DNA from: Selaginella moellendorffii
Lineage: Eukaryota; Plantae; Lycopodiophyta
Length of the DNA stretch: 64,000 bases
NCBI RefSeq assembly: GCF_000143415.4
Contig: NW_003314280.1
Span: 744,001 to 808,000 of the forward strand
Direction: 5' to 3'
Shown: positions 12,714 to 23,600 of the stretch, one piece after another
How the letters are laid out: each line of letters opens with the position of its first letter
Position numbering within the stretch: position 1 is the first letter of the stretch
The notes under the pieces: model-generated
Told to the model about the DNA's origin: nothing
Seen by the model: the letters and a program-made list of their open reading frames with translations, nothing else
Databases searched by the model: none
Translations under genes and position numbers: made by a program

Positions 12714-13381
12714 AGAGATTATATAATCTCCATCATCACCCAAAAATTTACCACATCACAGTTGTTTGCTCTTCAATCTAAAACCAAAATAAATCTCCCA
12801 ATAAGCTGAAGCCAATTCCACTTCATCCAACATCTGGATAAAAACACAAAAAAAAAACAAAAGAATGCCTTACGTCATAACTTTGCATGAATTTATTAAT
12901 GTTTGTTACAAATTTAAAAGCAAAAGAAAAATGAAACTTCCCAACATGGTTATGGATTATATAATCTCCATTATCACTCAAAACTTTATCACATCACAGT
13001 TGTTTGCTCCTCAATCTAGAACCAAAATAAATTTCCCAATAAGCTGAAACCAATTGCACCTCATCCAACATTTGGATAAAAAAACAAAAAAAATAAAAAT
13101 AAAAAATGAAAGAATGCTTTATGTTAGAACTTTGCATAAACCTATTAATGTTTGTTAAAAATTTAAAATCAAAAGAATAGTGAAACCTCCCAATATGGTT
13201 AGGGGTTATATAATCTCCATCATCACCCAAAAATTTACCACATCACATTTATTTACTCCTTAATATAAAACCAAAATAAATCTCCCAATAAGCTGAAACC
13301 AATTGCACCTCATCTAACATTTGGATAAAAAAACAAACAAAAAAAAAATAAAATGAAAGAATGCCTTACCATCACAACTTT
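12649..13381 (+). repeat. Tandem repeat, 3 copies of a ~240-250 bp AT-rich unit
   Basis: Units start near 12649, 12887 and 13136. Each contains TATTAATGTTTGTTA..CCCAAnATGGTTA..ATAATCTCCAT..CCCAATAAGCTGAA..TGGATAAAAA. Confidence 0.92.
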
Positions 13382-13938
13382 AACTACATAACCTTGGGAG
13401 TCATTAGGATACCTACACACGGTCAAAGCCTCCTCTCCCAATCTCTCCCCTTACAATTTCCACGTCGAGGAAGAGTCAGCCGCAAGGTTGACTTCATCGC
13501 TCTTAAGCCGCGGGAAAGATCGCTAGGATCAGGAAAGCCACAAGCAACAGCATGGCTGCAAAGTAACAATGGAAATCGATAATGAGCCGATGCATCGCAA
13601 GAAAGAAGCTTTTTCTTTGCTGCCGATGTTGATCTCCCGCACGATCGTGCGCCGCTAGCACGCCAATCTGTAAGAGAATAGCTAGCAGCAAGAACAAAAA
13701 GAAAGAACCTTGCCTCGCTCACCAATGTCGATCTCCGGCGTGCCGATCTCTAAGAAGCTCTGGATGTAAGAGAGAGTAGCTAGCAGCAGGAAGGAACCTG
13801 GTGGCGCTCGCCTCGCCCTTTTTAGCCCCAAATAAACCCTAAGTGCTTCCGAACATGGTTCGTATGCTTCTTCCCGGGACCTTTAAAAAAGTAACCTCGA
13901 CTTCTATTAATTATGAAATTTATTAGGACATATGAGTA

Positions 13939-14650
13939 ATTAGACTGGGATAACAACAATGGAGATTAGCTCACCTTTCTGGCAGCTTGGCCAAACTCTG
14001 GTGTTTCTGGATCGACCGTCGCGGCTATGTCGCAAACCTCTTGCTCGCTCATCCCATCGTAGAGCCCATGCGAAGCCACATCCATGGCGTTACTCCACAC
14101 CGTGACATCCGTGGTGCCAATCACGCCGTAGAACCTCTTGAGCAGGAGGTCCCCGATGGAGCGGGACTTTGGAAACCAGCCCTCGATCACGCCAAAGCGT
14201 ACCCCATGGGCAACTCCGGATGGTGGTCGCTCGTTAGCGCCTTGGCAACCAGCTTGTCGACCCCGTCGCGGACGCACGCGATCGCCCTCGAGTCGCCGAC
14301 GTTGGCCACGACCATGAACTCGTCCGTCACCACCGCAACGCACGCGGTGGATCCCGCGTCCCACCACCGCTTGTCGTAGGCTTCCTTGAGTAACGACGTC
14401 TCCAGCTCCGGTCTTCTCCAGAGCCGCCTTGACAACTCCAGCGTTGATTTTAGCATCCAGTGATCCATGGAGGTTTGCGCAGAGCCTGGGCTCGAAGTTC
14501 CACCATCATCGGTGAGCAAGTTGGAGAGCGCTAGTAGCCGATCTTCCTGGTGTCTCCGGCGCCCTTGAATGCTCAGACCACCCTGTTGATACTTCCACTG
14601 CTACAACACTACTCACCGCCAAGAGCGCCAAGAGCGCCAAGAGCTTACCC
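13939..14650 (-). pseudogene. Pseudogene copy of the signal-peptide PP2C
   Basis: Colinear with 6006-6896 (GSTACVAVVTDEFMVVANVGDSRAIACVRDG retained). Several deletions and frameshifts; the start ATG is deleted. Confidence 0.92.
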
Positions 14651-14703
14651 TATGACAAAAGGAAGAGCTTTGGTCTCTTTATATAGTCTCAAGGAAAAAG
14701 GTT

Positions 14704-16858
14704 TCAACCATGAGCTTCGAAACATCCACACTTGACCTTGATCGTTTCACTGTTGCTCACCACCTCGCCCTGGATTATCCCTCCCACGAACTTCCCAATT
14801 ACCAGCTGAGACACCATCACTACATTCCCAGGATCCTGGAAACAAAGAATGGATTAGTTGATCTCCTATACGAGAAGAGAACTTGGACGCTTCTTACTTG
14901 TGTCCTGTAACTCCGGATCCCCATGAGACCATAGTTCCTGGATCGCGTCCAGTGGTGGTGCTTGAATTTGTAGTCGTTTCCCAGAACGCCCAGCCGCCCA
15001 GCCGCGCGCATGAAATAGTACGCCGGCTTTGGCAGCGGCCGATTGGCGATGGCGCTCGTCGTGAACTGGTTGAGGAGCACTTGATCCCCGCGAAAGATTT
15101 GAGAGTGGCCTCCGCAGTGGACATCACCTGTGGATCTCTGTGAGAAACCAAACGAACAAGCAAAGAATTTGAGGAAGACTTCCTACCTCCCAGGACCATG
15201 ACCTCTCTCCGCCCGCTCTCCTTCCAATTCACCAGCGCTTCGATCATCCTCGTCTGCTCCTTGCGATGCATGTCCGCCGACCAGTGCCCCCGGAAATCCG
15301 CGAGCCGCGGCACATTCTTCCCGGCGGCATCGGTGATGTTCGGCTCCAGGAAGACGAGCGGCGCCGGGGAGCAAACCAGCAGCACGCGTACATCCTCGAA
15401 GAGATCCCCCGGGCGGAGAGCCTGGTCGATGTCAGTCCACTGCGGGCTGCCGAGGTAGGGGAACTCGTCGCCCTTGACTCGCTGGAACGATCGGCAGCCG
15501 CGAACATCCAAGAACATAAGCCCCAGCCCGCCAACAACGTGGAAGTGGTGGTCCTGCACGGACGGCCAGGATTCGCCGAGTTCTTCCGCAAATCATGGAA
15601 GCACCTACCTTGGTCAGCTTGTGGAGCTTCCTGAAATCGATGTCGCGGTCCAATTGGCGCTGGTACTCCAGGTAGGCGATCCACGCGCCGCGCGCGATGA
15701 AGAAATCGAGGCATTCCGGGTCCCAGTCGGCCTCGAGGTCGGCCCAATTGTCGCGGATCTCGTGGTCGTCGTAGATCATGAGATTGGGGCAATTCGCCAG
15801 GCAGCGGGCGGTGGGGGGGTGCCGCCACGTCTCGCGGTACACCTCGCGGTACGCTTCGCGGACTTCCTCCTCTTTGGTGTGCCACAGATGCCGCGGGACG
15901 TCCTTCATGATGTCTTCCTTGCACAGCCGGAATCGATCGGAGCAGCGGTCGACATGGTTTTCCTTGTCCATCAATTTATCGCCATCGCCATACACCTGGG
16001 AGAAAAGAGAACGAGAAATTTCTTAAGAACACGACAAGAACATAAGAACAGGGGAATGGAGGGATCGTTTAATGGAACAGCAATCTTAGATCCAACCGTG
16101 CAATCCTTGAAGGAAAGAAAGGAAATCGAGGACCCAACACAGGAATTCTGGACAAAAGCCGCCGCGAGAATGGATCGATCTCTCACCTGGTCGCCGAGAT
16201 GGAGGACCAAGTCCACGCTCCCAGCCTCGATGTTCTTGGCGAGGTCCGCCCACAGGTCCGAGTGGATGGGAATTTCCATCTGGGTGATGAAGATCTTGTT
16301 GCAGCTCACCACTCCAACATTGACACGATCCCACAGCTCCTCCTTCCTGGGAAACGTGACGAAGCTACTCCTGGCCACGAGATCAGATTTGCAACCCTCC
16401 AGCTCCACCAGGTAGCGGCACCCGGGGCTGAGCTCCAAGAACTCAAACGCCACCGGCCGATTCGCGGGCAACTTCTTCTCCACCTTCAAGCTCCTCCCCT
16501 GCTTGCTCTTCGATCTTCCCGGCAGCGCTGGATCTTGATCCCCTTCCTTGGGAATCGCGCTCGCCTGATCTTGCGCAGCGGGAGCATCCTTCTTCGCTCT
16601 TCGCCGACGCCTCCTGGATTGCTGGAGCAGCTGCCGCGACCGCAACACGCCGGCGGCATCCTCGATCTGGGTGAGCGAGACCGTGATCCGGGCCTCGCGA
16701 TCGATTTCCAGCAGGATCCTGGCGCTCGTTGACGTTACCTTGCCAATCACTGGCCCGATCACCACATTGGCGTCTTCCTGGGATTTCTTCCTCCCATTTC
16801 GCTCCTCGCCCAGCAATTTGTTCACTGCCCCGGCGACCTTCTTCCTCCACGCGCTCAT
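14704..16858 (-). CDS. PhoD-like (alkaline phosphatase D family) metallophosphatase
   Basis: Exons 16858-16187, 15995-15609, 15553-15187, 15127-14898 and 14835-14704. Motifs GPVIGKVT, VSCN, LHLGDQVYGD, MIYDDHEIRDNW and LGGDVHCG. No signal peptide. Last exon less certain. Confidence 0.82.
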
Positions 16859-16890
16859 GATCACTCCATCCGTACGAAGCAAAACCCAGG

Positions 16891-16926
16891 CCTATATAAA
16901 CAACGCGTGACGATTCGCGGATATCC
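16891..16926 (-). promoter_or_regulatory. TATA box plus P1BS-type element (GGATATCC) of the PhoD-like gene
   Basis: TTTATATAGG at 16891-16900(-) and palindromic GNATATNC at 16919-16926. Confidence 0.45.
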
Positions 16927-17083
16927 CTGGTCTCCGTACAATTGATCCCATTCTTTTCGGACAAGAGAAAGCGTACAAAAGCTTCGTCGTCATCTTCGGA
17001 AGGCAAAAGAAAAAACATACGAAGGAAAAAAATTAAATTTCTTTACTTCTGCCTGCTGATTCCTTGCTTTCGTGATCTTCAGT

Positions 17084-18817
17084 TCAGATTAGCGGCAAAG
17101 CTCCGACTGCTTTGTGCCGAAACGAGCAAAGCGATTCACCGTCGCCACCAGCCCCACCGCAGAGATACGGGTGCGCCAAGAAAGCTTCCAGCTCTTTTCG
17201 CAGCGCGGCCGCAAGAGCTATGGATTCGGCACCGGGCTTTTGCTTCGCCGTGATCACTGCTCCCAAATACATCCTTCTCGCCGTCTCGAGTTGCCTTGAA
17301 TCGTTTCCGGGCATGGTTTCGGAAGGCACGAGTCCCTGCGCACATTTCCAGCGAAGTTTTAGTGACTCTCCCGTGAAACAGCTGAATGTCTTCCAACTTT
17401 ACCGCAATAATTCTTTCAGCCTCGTCTCGATCTGTGGCAACACCAGCCTCCGGTTCGTCGTCGAAGTCCATGCGAATGTTTTGCAGCTGAGCCTGGAACT
17501 GAGCGGCAGAGAACTGGACCTGGAGATGGCTGAGCTCTTCTCGCATTCTCGCGGCCGCATCGTTCTTTTGCATGACTTCTCGCTGCATTCTCGCCACCAT
17601 CGCCTCCATATTCACAAGGTCCTTCTGCAAGGATCACAAACCACAAGCGTTTGTCAGCTAGTCTCAGAAAATTATTTCTCGAACTCACGTGTTTCTCTGT
17701 CAGTTGGCTTTGCACGGCCTGAGCGAAGCGCTCCCTGTCCCGCAGGCTCTTTTGCACTTCGTCCATCTTCTTCTTGAGCTCCACAAGCTCTTCCTCCCTC
17801 GCGGCCTCGGCTGCTTCAAACGATCGAACAGTCTCCAACATGCTGTCTTTCTCCCAGACTTGCTTCTTCAGCAGATCGATCTGGGCCTGGAGCTGGACGA
17901 GCTCCTCCCTGTTGAGTTTCTCGATCAGGTTTTGTGATTCGGTGTACTCTACGCCACTCTCGTCTTGGTCGACCCGACGGAGGATGTTCTCCTGTTCGTC
18001 CCAAATTGCCGAGATTTCGTCTTTGGAATCGACCTTCGCCGGCTGTTGCTTGTTCTTCTTTGATTTGAGAGGACTATCAGAGACCTGGACTATGCATAGC
18101 TTAAGGAGTGTTCTAAGCAAAGATGGAAGTACCTTCTTGACGGAAGAAGCGTCTCTGGGTGGAGCGGGAGTGTAGACCATCGAAGCATGGCGAGTAAAAC
18201 CTCTCCTGCCCTTTTGCTCCTTGAATCGAGAGGACCAATGCTCGTCAGCAAAAAGAAACAAGAAAGAAAATCATGCTCACCATGAAAGATTCCATGAGCG
18301 GGATCATCTCTACCAGATTTTGGTAGATAGTTTTGTCGATCGCACCTGGAGGAGGAAGCCCCGACCAATCCTCCATAGACATCGCGACGCCAAAATCCCT
18401 GCGGCTCTTGCCTAAAATCTCCTCCTCGCCAAGAGATCCCTCGCACCTCCTCCCAGAAATTGATGCTCGCGGAGCAGCGCCACTACCTACATTGCTGGAT
18501 CGACGCGAGCCGGGAGCGCCAAAGGACGGCAGCAGCATAGATCCATCCGGCGTGCTGCTCCAGGCGGAGAAATCCTGGGGTAGCAAATCCTGGCCAATGC
18601 GCGGCCTCACGACCTCGGCCGCCGGGCGACGCGCTCCTCCACGCCCTGTTGCCCTAAAAGCTCGAGCATTCTTCTTGGGGCTGCTATGAAACAGTGCCGA
18701 GCTCCTGGGGGAGGAATCCAACGCCGGCGGCGTGAGAATCTCTCGCTCCTGGCGAATTCGCGGAAGATTTGCCCTCTTGACCTTCACTGCTGCTACTGCC
18801 GATGCCGCTGTTGCCAT
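17084..18817 (-). CDS. MPB2C: Microtubule binding protein 2C / movement protein binding protein 2C-like coiled-coil protein
   Basis: DKTIYQNLVEMIPLMESFM/EQKGRRGFTRHASMVYTPAP, a long coiled coil, and C-terminal LETARRMYLGAVITAKQKPGAESIALAA resemble plant MPB2C. Multi-exon. Confidence 0.78.
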
Positions 18818-19280
18818 GCAACAGGGATCGTGCGACGACGAGGCCTGGTCCTCACCATAAACGAGAAATCACAGGAAATGGCAGATCGATCGGCAGAAAA
18901 GGGGGAAAGAGGAGATGAGATTCTTGTTTGCGTCTGCCGCCCGGCCCAACTGGATTGATCGTGTCGTCCACCACAGCATCACTCGGAAAAAACAAATGGA
19001 ATCAAAGCCTGCGATTCCTGGGCCAAACGCTACAGGCTTTCGGCACGATCGATCACCATCCAGCCCCGTTCTTGGTCGATCCCGTCCCGTTCGCGCCCAT
19101 GAATCGATCGATCGAAAAAGAAAAATCTGACTAGAGCTTGAGCTTGAGCGCTAACGGATGGGAGACCCAGCCCTTTTACCGCGCAGTAACAGTAGGCCTG
19201 GTTTGAAATTTTCACCACGGCCCTTTCAAAACTTTCATTGTGACGTTGCCCGTGACAGAAAAAATATTCAATAAAAGTTG

Positions 19281-19353
19281 CGCCGCCCGTGGGGCTCGAA
19301 CCCACGACCACAAGGTTAAGAGCCTTGCGCTCTACCAACTGAGCTAGGGCGGC
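19281..19353 (-). tRNA. tRNA-Lys(CUU)
   Basis: GCCGCCCTAGCTCAGTTGGTAGAGCGCAAGGCT-CTT-AACCTTGTGGTCGTGGGTTCGAGCCCCACGGGCGGCG: 73 nt, full cloverleaf with A and B boxes. TTTT Pol III terminator downstream. Confidence 0.98.
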
Positions 19354-19595
19354 TTGCGTGTAGCACTCGTCAGCAAAGCCATCCACATCTAACCTTCTCA
19401 TAGCTATGAACACAACTGGAAAATTTACTTTTTTTCTTTTTCTTTACAACTGGGATGACTAACTGACCGACTGACCGACCGATTCCTTGCTTGCCAATGC
19501 GAAATAGAAGAACACACCTCTCAATCCATCCATCCATCAATCAAACGACCAATCGATCGATCAATCAATCCATTTTGCTCCGATCTCACACCCTC

Positions 19596-20132
19596 TCAGT
19601 AGTTTTGCTCGATGAGGTAATCCGCTAGGCGCTCAACAACAACGTTGCATTCGCCCGGTGCGACCGGCTCGTCATACAGCCCGATGACCAGAGCGCTGGA
19701 AGTCTTCTTGATCGTCACTCCGGCAGATCCCTGCGAGCCCAGATCGATCGATCAATCAAACTTTCCTCTCGATCTTTACCTTCTTTCCCCTGATCACAAC
19801 GCCGGCCTCGCCTTGGATCACCATGTACTTGCTGCCGCTGAGGTAGAGGCCGTTCTGGGCGAGCTGCGAGGAATCGTCAAACGCATTCATCACGTTGGTA
19901 ATCTCCTCGGGCTTGACCTGCGCGGACATAGATAGGGTTTGTGGATGGATTGATTGAATCGCTCGCTCGCTCGCTCGCCAAGAAATCCAGAAATCGCTCT
20001 TCTTACCGCTGGAAAGTTGGGGCTCTGCGCCCAGACGCTGCCGTCGTGACCCAGAATCGCCGCCGATGAGAGCGTGCGCCCGTTGCCAAGATCATACATG
20101 AGGTAAGAATCGACATACGTCTGCCACGACAT
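19596..20132 (-). CDS. PRF: Profilin
   Basis: [22 protein letters not shown] / [17 protein letters not shown] / [36 protein letters not shown]. Three exons; the second intron (19731-19779) is only 49 nt. Confidence 0.96.
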
Positions 20133-20557
20133 GGTGCTAGACGATCAATCGATCGATCGCGAGCTCGCCTGGATCGAGGAGAAAGCGAGAGCGAAAGAGA
20201 GAAAACCTAAACGAGAGAAAGACGAAGAAACAGGGGCCTCTCAAATTTTGTTCTCACCACGCGGTGGCCGCGCGGTGGCCAGCTGTGTGCCGTCGGATCC
20301 GGCAATCTGGGCCGTCGGCTGTGCGGGATATTCCCGGTGCCAGTCGGACAAGATCACTCGCTCTCTCTTTTTTGGATTTTTAATCTTTGGCGACTTTGGC
20401 TCGGTGGTGGTGGAGAAGATGGCGGCAAAGGAATAAAATCTCGATCTAAGTTTTCAATTCAGGGACACGATTCTACATTGTATGATGTGAGTGTGTAAAA
20501 CAGCAAAATGGATACGCTCCCCTTTAGACTGTTCTCTCCGTGGAAATCCTCACGGCA

Positions 20558-20979
20558 TCACATCAAAAGCGAGACGACATGGCCCCCCCAGTGATGCGCT
20601 GCCGCCAGTGTTGCGAAGATCAGACCGAGCGCAATGGAGTGATCCAAGGAGAAGCCTGCGCAGAGCAAAAGGCGAGTAATCAGAGGAGTCGAGCGCGAAA
20701 GAAAACCGATGAAACCAAGGAAAGAATCGAGAAGAGCACGAGAATCGGGCAAAAGAATCGATATTTCGAGAAAAGAACCGATGCGTCGATGTTCTTGGAG
20801 GCCAAGGAAAGAATCAAGAAGGATGTTCTTGGAGAAAGAAGAGCGAGCTGGAGCCAAATCTTCTCACCTTTGCTTGACATCGGGCTGGGAGCCGGCGCCA
20901 GATCCTGCGCATGCGAGAGAGATAGCGCGGCGGCCATAGCTAGCGCGGACATAACGATCGCAATCGCGAGCTTCGCCAT
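20558..20979 (-). CDS. Arabinogalactan peptide (AGP16/20/22-like, probably GPI-anchored)
   Basis: Signal peptide plus QDLAPAPSPMSSK spliced to GFSLDHSIALGLIFATLAA.., matching the AG-peptide pattern APAPSPTSDGTSIDQGIA. Confidence 0.75.
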
Positions 20980-21199
20980 GCCTCTTTCTTCCCGCGCGCG
21001 AGAGAGAGAGCGCGAGCGAAGAACAAACAAATGAGAAAAACCCTCCGTCCCGAAGAGAATGCCAGCAGCCCTTTTCACCTTTATATTTCTACCGTTGAGC
21101 GTAACGGCCTACCGTCGATCCGCGAGGCCAAGATATTCCGCGTGGCAGCCGTACATTCCGCCGCGGAAGGGCCAGTCCAACAACAAGAGGGTGCCCGGA

Positions 21200-23470
21200 A
21201 TGGCGGCATTGAGCTCATTGCGTTCTCCACTCTGTTCTTCGCTGCGGCAGCCTAGGGTTAGGGTGGGGCGCGGGCGCCGGGTGCGCTGCTCGAGCCGGAG
21301 CAGCATGGCGGAGGATTGCTTGCACGCGCTGCGATTGTCGGAGGAGCGCCCGGGCACGGAATCTTATTCTTCCCAGAAATCTGGCTCGGATGGGGAGGAC
21401 AGGGGCGTAACGACGAAGAACAAGAAGAAGAATACGCTGGAGGAGCTGCGGTGGGATCACTCGTTTGTGCGGGAGCTTCCGTCCGATGGCACTTCTCCCA
21501 ATTTTGTTCGCCAGGTTTGCCTCTGCTTGCTCTCGTGTGCCCAGATTTGATCCATGCTGCTTTGCAAGTACAGGTGATGAAAGCGTGCTACTCGAGAGTA
21601 TCTCCGTCGGCCAAAGTGAAAGATCCGAAGCTAGTTGCATGGTCCGACTCGGTTGCGGAGCTTCTCGAGCTAGATCCAGCAGAGTATGTCCTCACGCTCG
21701 TGTTTTTTCCTTCCTCGTTAATGCTTGCTGTCCAGATTCAAGCGAGAGGATTTCCCATTGATCTTCTCGGGTGGCAAGGAGCTGCAAGGCAGGTATTACA
21801 CTCTTGATGTTTCACTGCGAAGGAATTGTGCTCAAGTTTCGTTCTTTGTTTCCTCTTTTCGTTCTTTCAGTGAATGCTATGCTCAGTGCTACGGTGGTCA
21901 CCAGTTTGGAGTTTGGGCGGGGCAACTAGGAGACGGTCGAGCAATCACGCTTGGCGAAGCTTTGAATAGCAAGAATGAGCGCTGGGAACTCCAGCTCAAA
22001 GGAGCTGGCAAAACTCCTTACAGCCGGATGGCCGATGGACTGGCGGTGCTACGGAGCAGTGTCAGGGAGTTTCTTTGCAGCGAAGCTATGCACCACTTGG
22101 GGATCCCCACGACTAGAGCATTGTGTCTCGTTACCACCGGCGACGATGTTTTAAGGGACATGTTTTACGAGTAAGCATCTGTGTTTTTGCTAGCGATGTG
22201 AAGTAACTCTTGTGGTGCTTGCAGTGGAAATGCTAAGATGGAGCCTGGAGCTGTTGTTTGCCGAGTTGCTCCTTCGTTTCTTAGATTTGGATCTTACCAA
22301 ATCCATGCTGCCAGGGACGACAGTAAACTAGTACGATTGCTCGCCGACTACACACTCAAGTATCATTTTCCGGACTTGCCAGACGAGGAAGAGCTGGAAA
22401 TTAAAATCAACGAACAGGACGGGCAGATATCCAAGAACAAATACGCAGGTTTGTTTTTAAGCAGTTTTAATTTCTTAGATTGAGAGTGACGCAACAATAC
22501 TTTCGTGTACGTCTGCAGCTTGGTTTGTCAAGGTGGCAGAATCCACTTCCTGCCTCGTTGCAATGTGGCAAGCCGTGGGCTTCACACATGGTGTTTTGAA
22601 CACGGATAACATGAGTGTCCTGGGTTTGACGATCGACTACGGTCCTTTCGGCTTTTTGGATGCGTTTGATCCCAAGTACACTCCAAACACGACGGACTTA
22701 CCGGGGCGGAGATACTGCTTCGCGAATCAACCAGATATCGGACTCTGGAACATCTTGCAGTTTGGGAATACGCTCATGGCTGCTGGCCTTTTGACGCAAG
22801 AAGAGCTTCAATATGGTCTCAACAGGTACTTTTCTTCTGTACCCTGTTGAGAAAGTCTTTTTAAAATGGCTTTTCTACCAGATACGCGGACACTTTCATG
22901 GTGCATTATCAGCAAAACATGACCAAGAAGCTGGGCCTGAAGGAGTACAACAAGGATCTGACCAGCAAGCTACTGAGCAACTTGGCTTTTGACAAAGTCG
23001 ACTACACAAACTTTTTCCGAGCTCTAGCCAGCGTCAACCTGACGGAGCCTATAACCGAGGACACACTGGTGCCGCTTAAATCGGTGCTGCCAGATATCAG
23101 CAAGGAACGCAAGAAGACGTGGATGGACTGGCTATCTCTCTACAGAGAAAAGGTAAGAACAAACGAAAAAAAACCGTGATTCATGTCAGCTAAAGCTTAC
23201 TTTCACTTTCCTCGCCAGGCCGAAGGCATCTCCGATGAATCTCGAAAGGCTGCCATGAACAAAGTGAATCCAAAGTACGTACTGCGGAACTATCTGTGCC
23301 AGAGCGCGATCGATGCGGCGGAAGCTGGAGATTTCAGCGAGGTGAGGCAGCTGCTCGAGGTGATGAAGCGGCCATTCGATGAGCAGCCGGAAGTGGAGAA
23401 GAAGTATGCGAGGCTGCCCCCGACATGGGCGTATCGGCCAGGCGTGTGTATGCTCTCGTGTTCGTCATAG
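21200..23470 (+). CDS. SELO: Selenoprotein O-like protein adenylyltransferase (YdiU/SelO), Cys form, organelle-targeted
   Basis: [65 protein letters not shown] and C-terminal CMLSCSS. Confidence 0.95.
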
Positions 23471-23600
23471 AGGCGAGTTTGATTGTAAATAGCGCGCGTT
23501 CTTTTCGTCCTTTTGTTATTTTTTCCTTTGTAAAGAAGAAGCACCAGATCTAGGGCTATTTAAATTGGACGTGGGAGAGAGAGAGCGAGAGCGAGAGGCG

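Noticed and set aside
12649-13381. CRISPR-like array or repeated 'MGDDGDYI' ORFs
   Set aside because: Whole ~245-bp units are duplicated with no unique spacers. The ORFs are incidental frames in a eukaryotic tandem repeat.
19030-19413. 127-aa ORF across the tRNA
   Set aside because: It is a chance read-through of the tRNA gene.
23440-23560. Selenocysteine recoding in SelO
   Set aside because: The C-terminus is encoded as Cys (TGT) in CSS and ends at TAG. There is no in-frame TGA and no evident SECIS.
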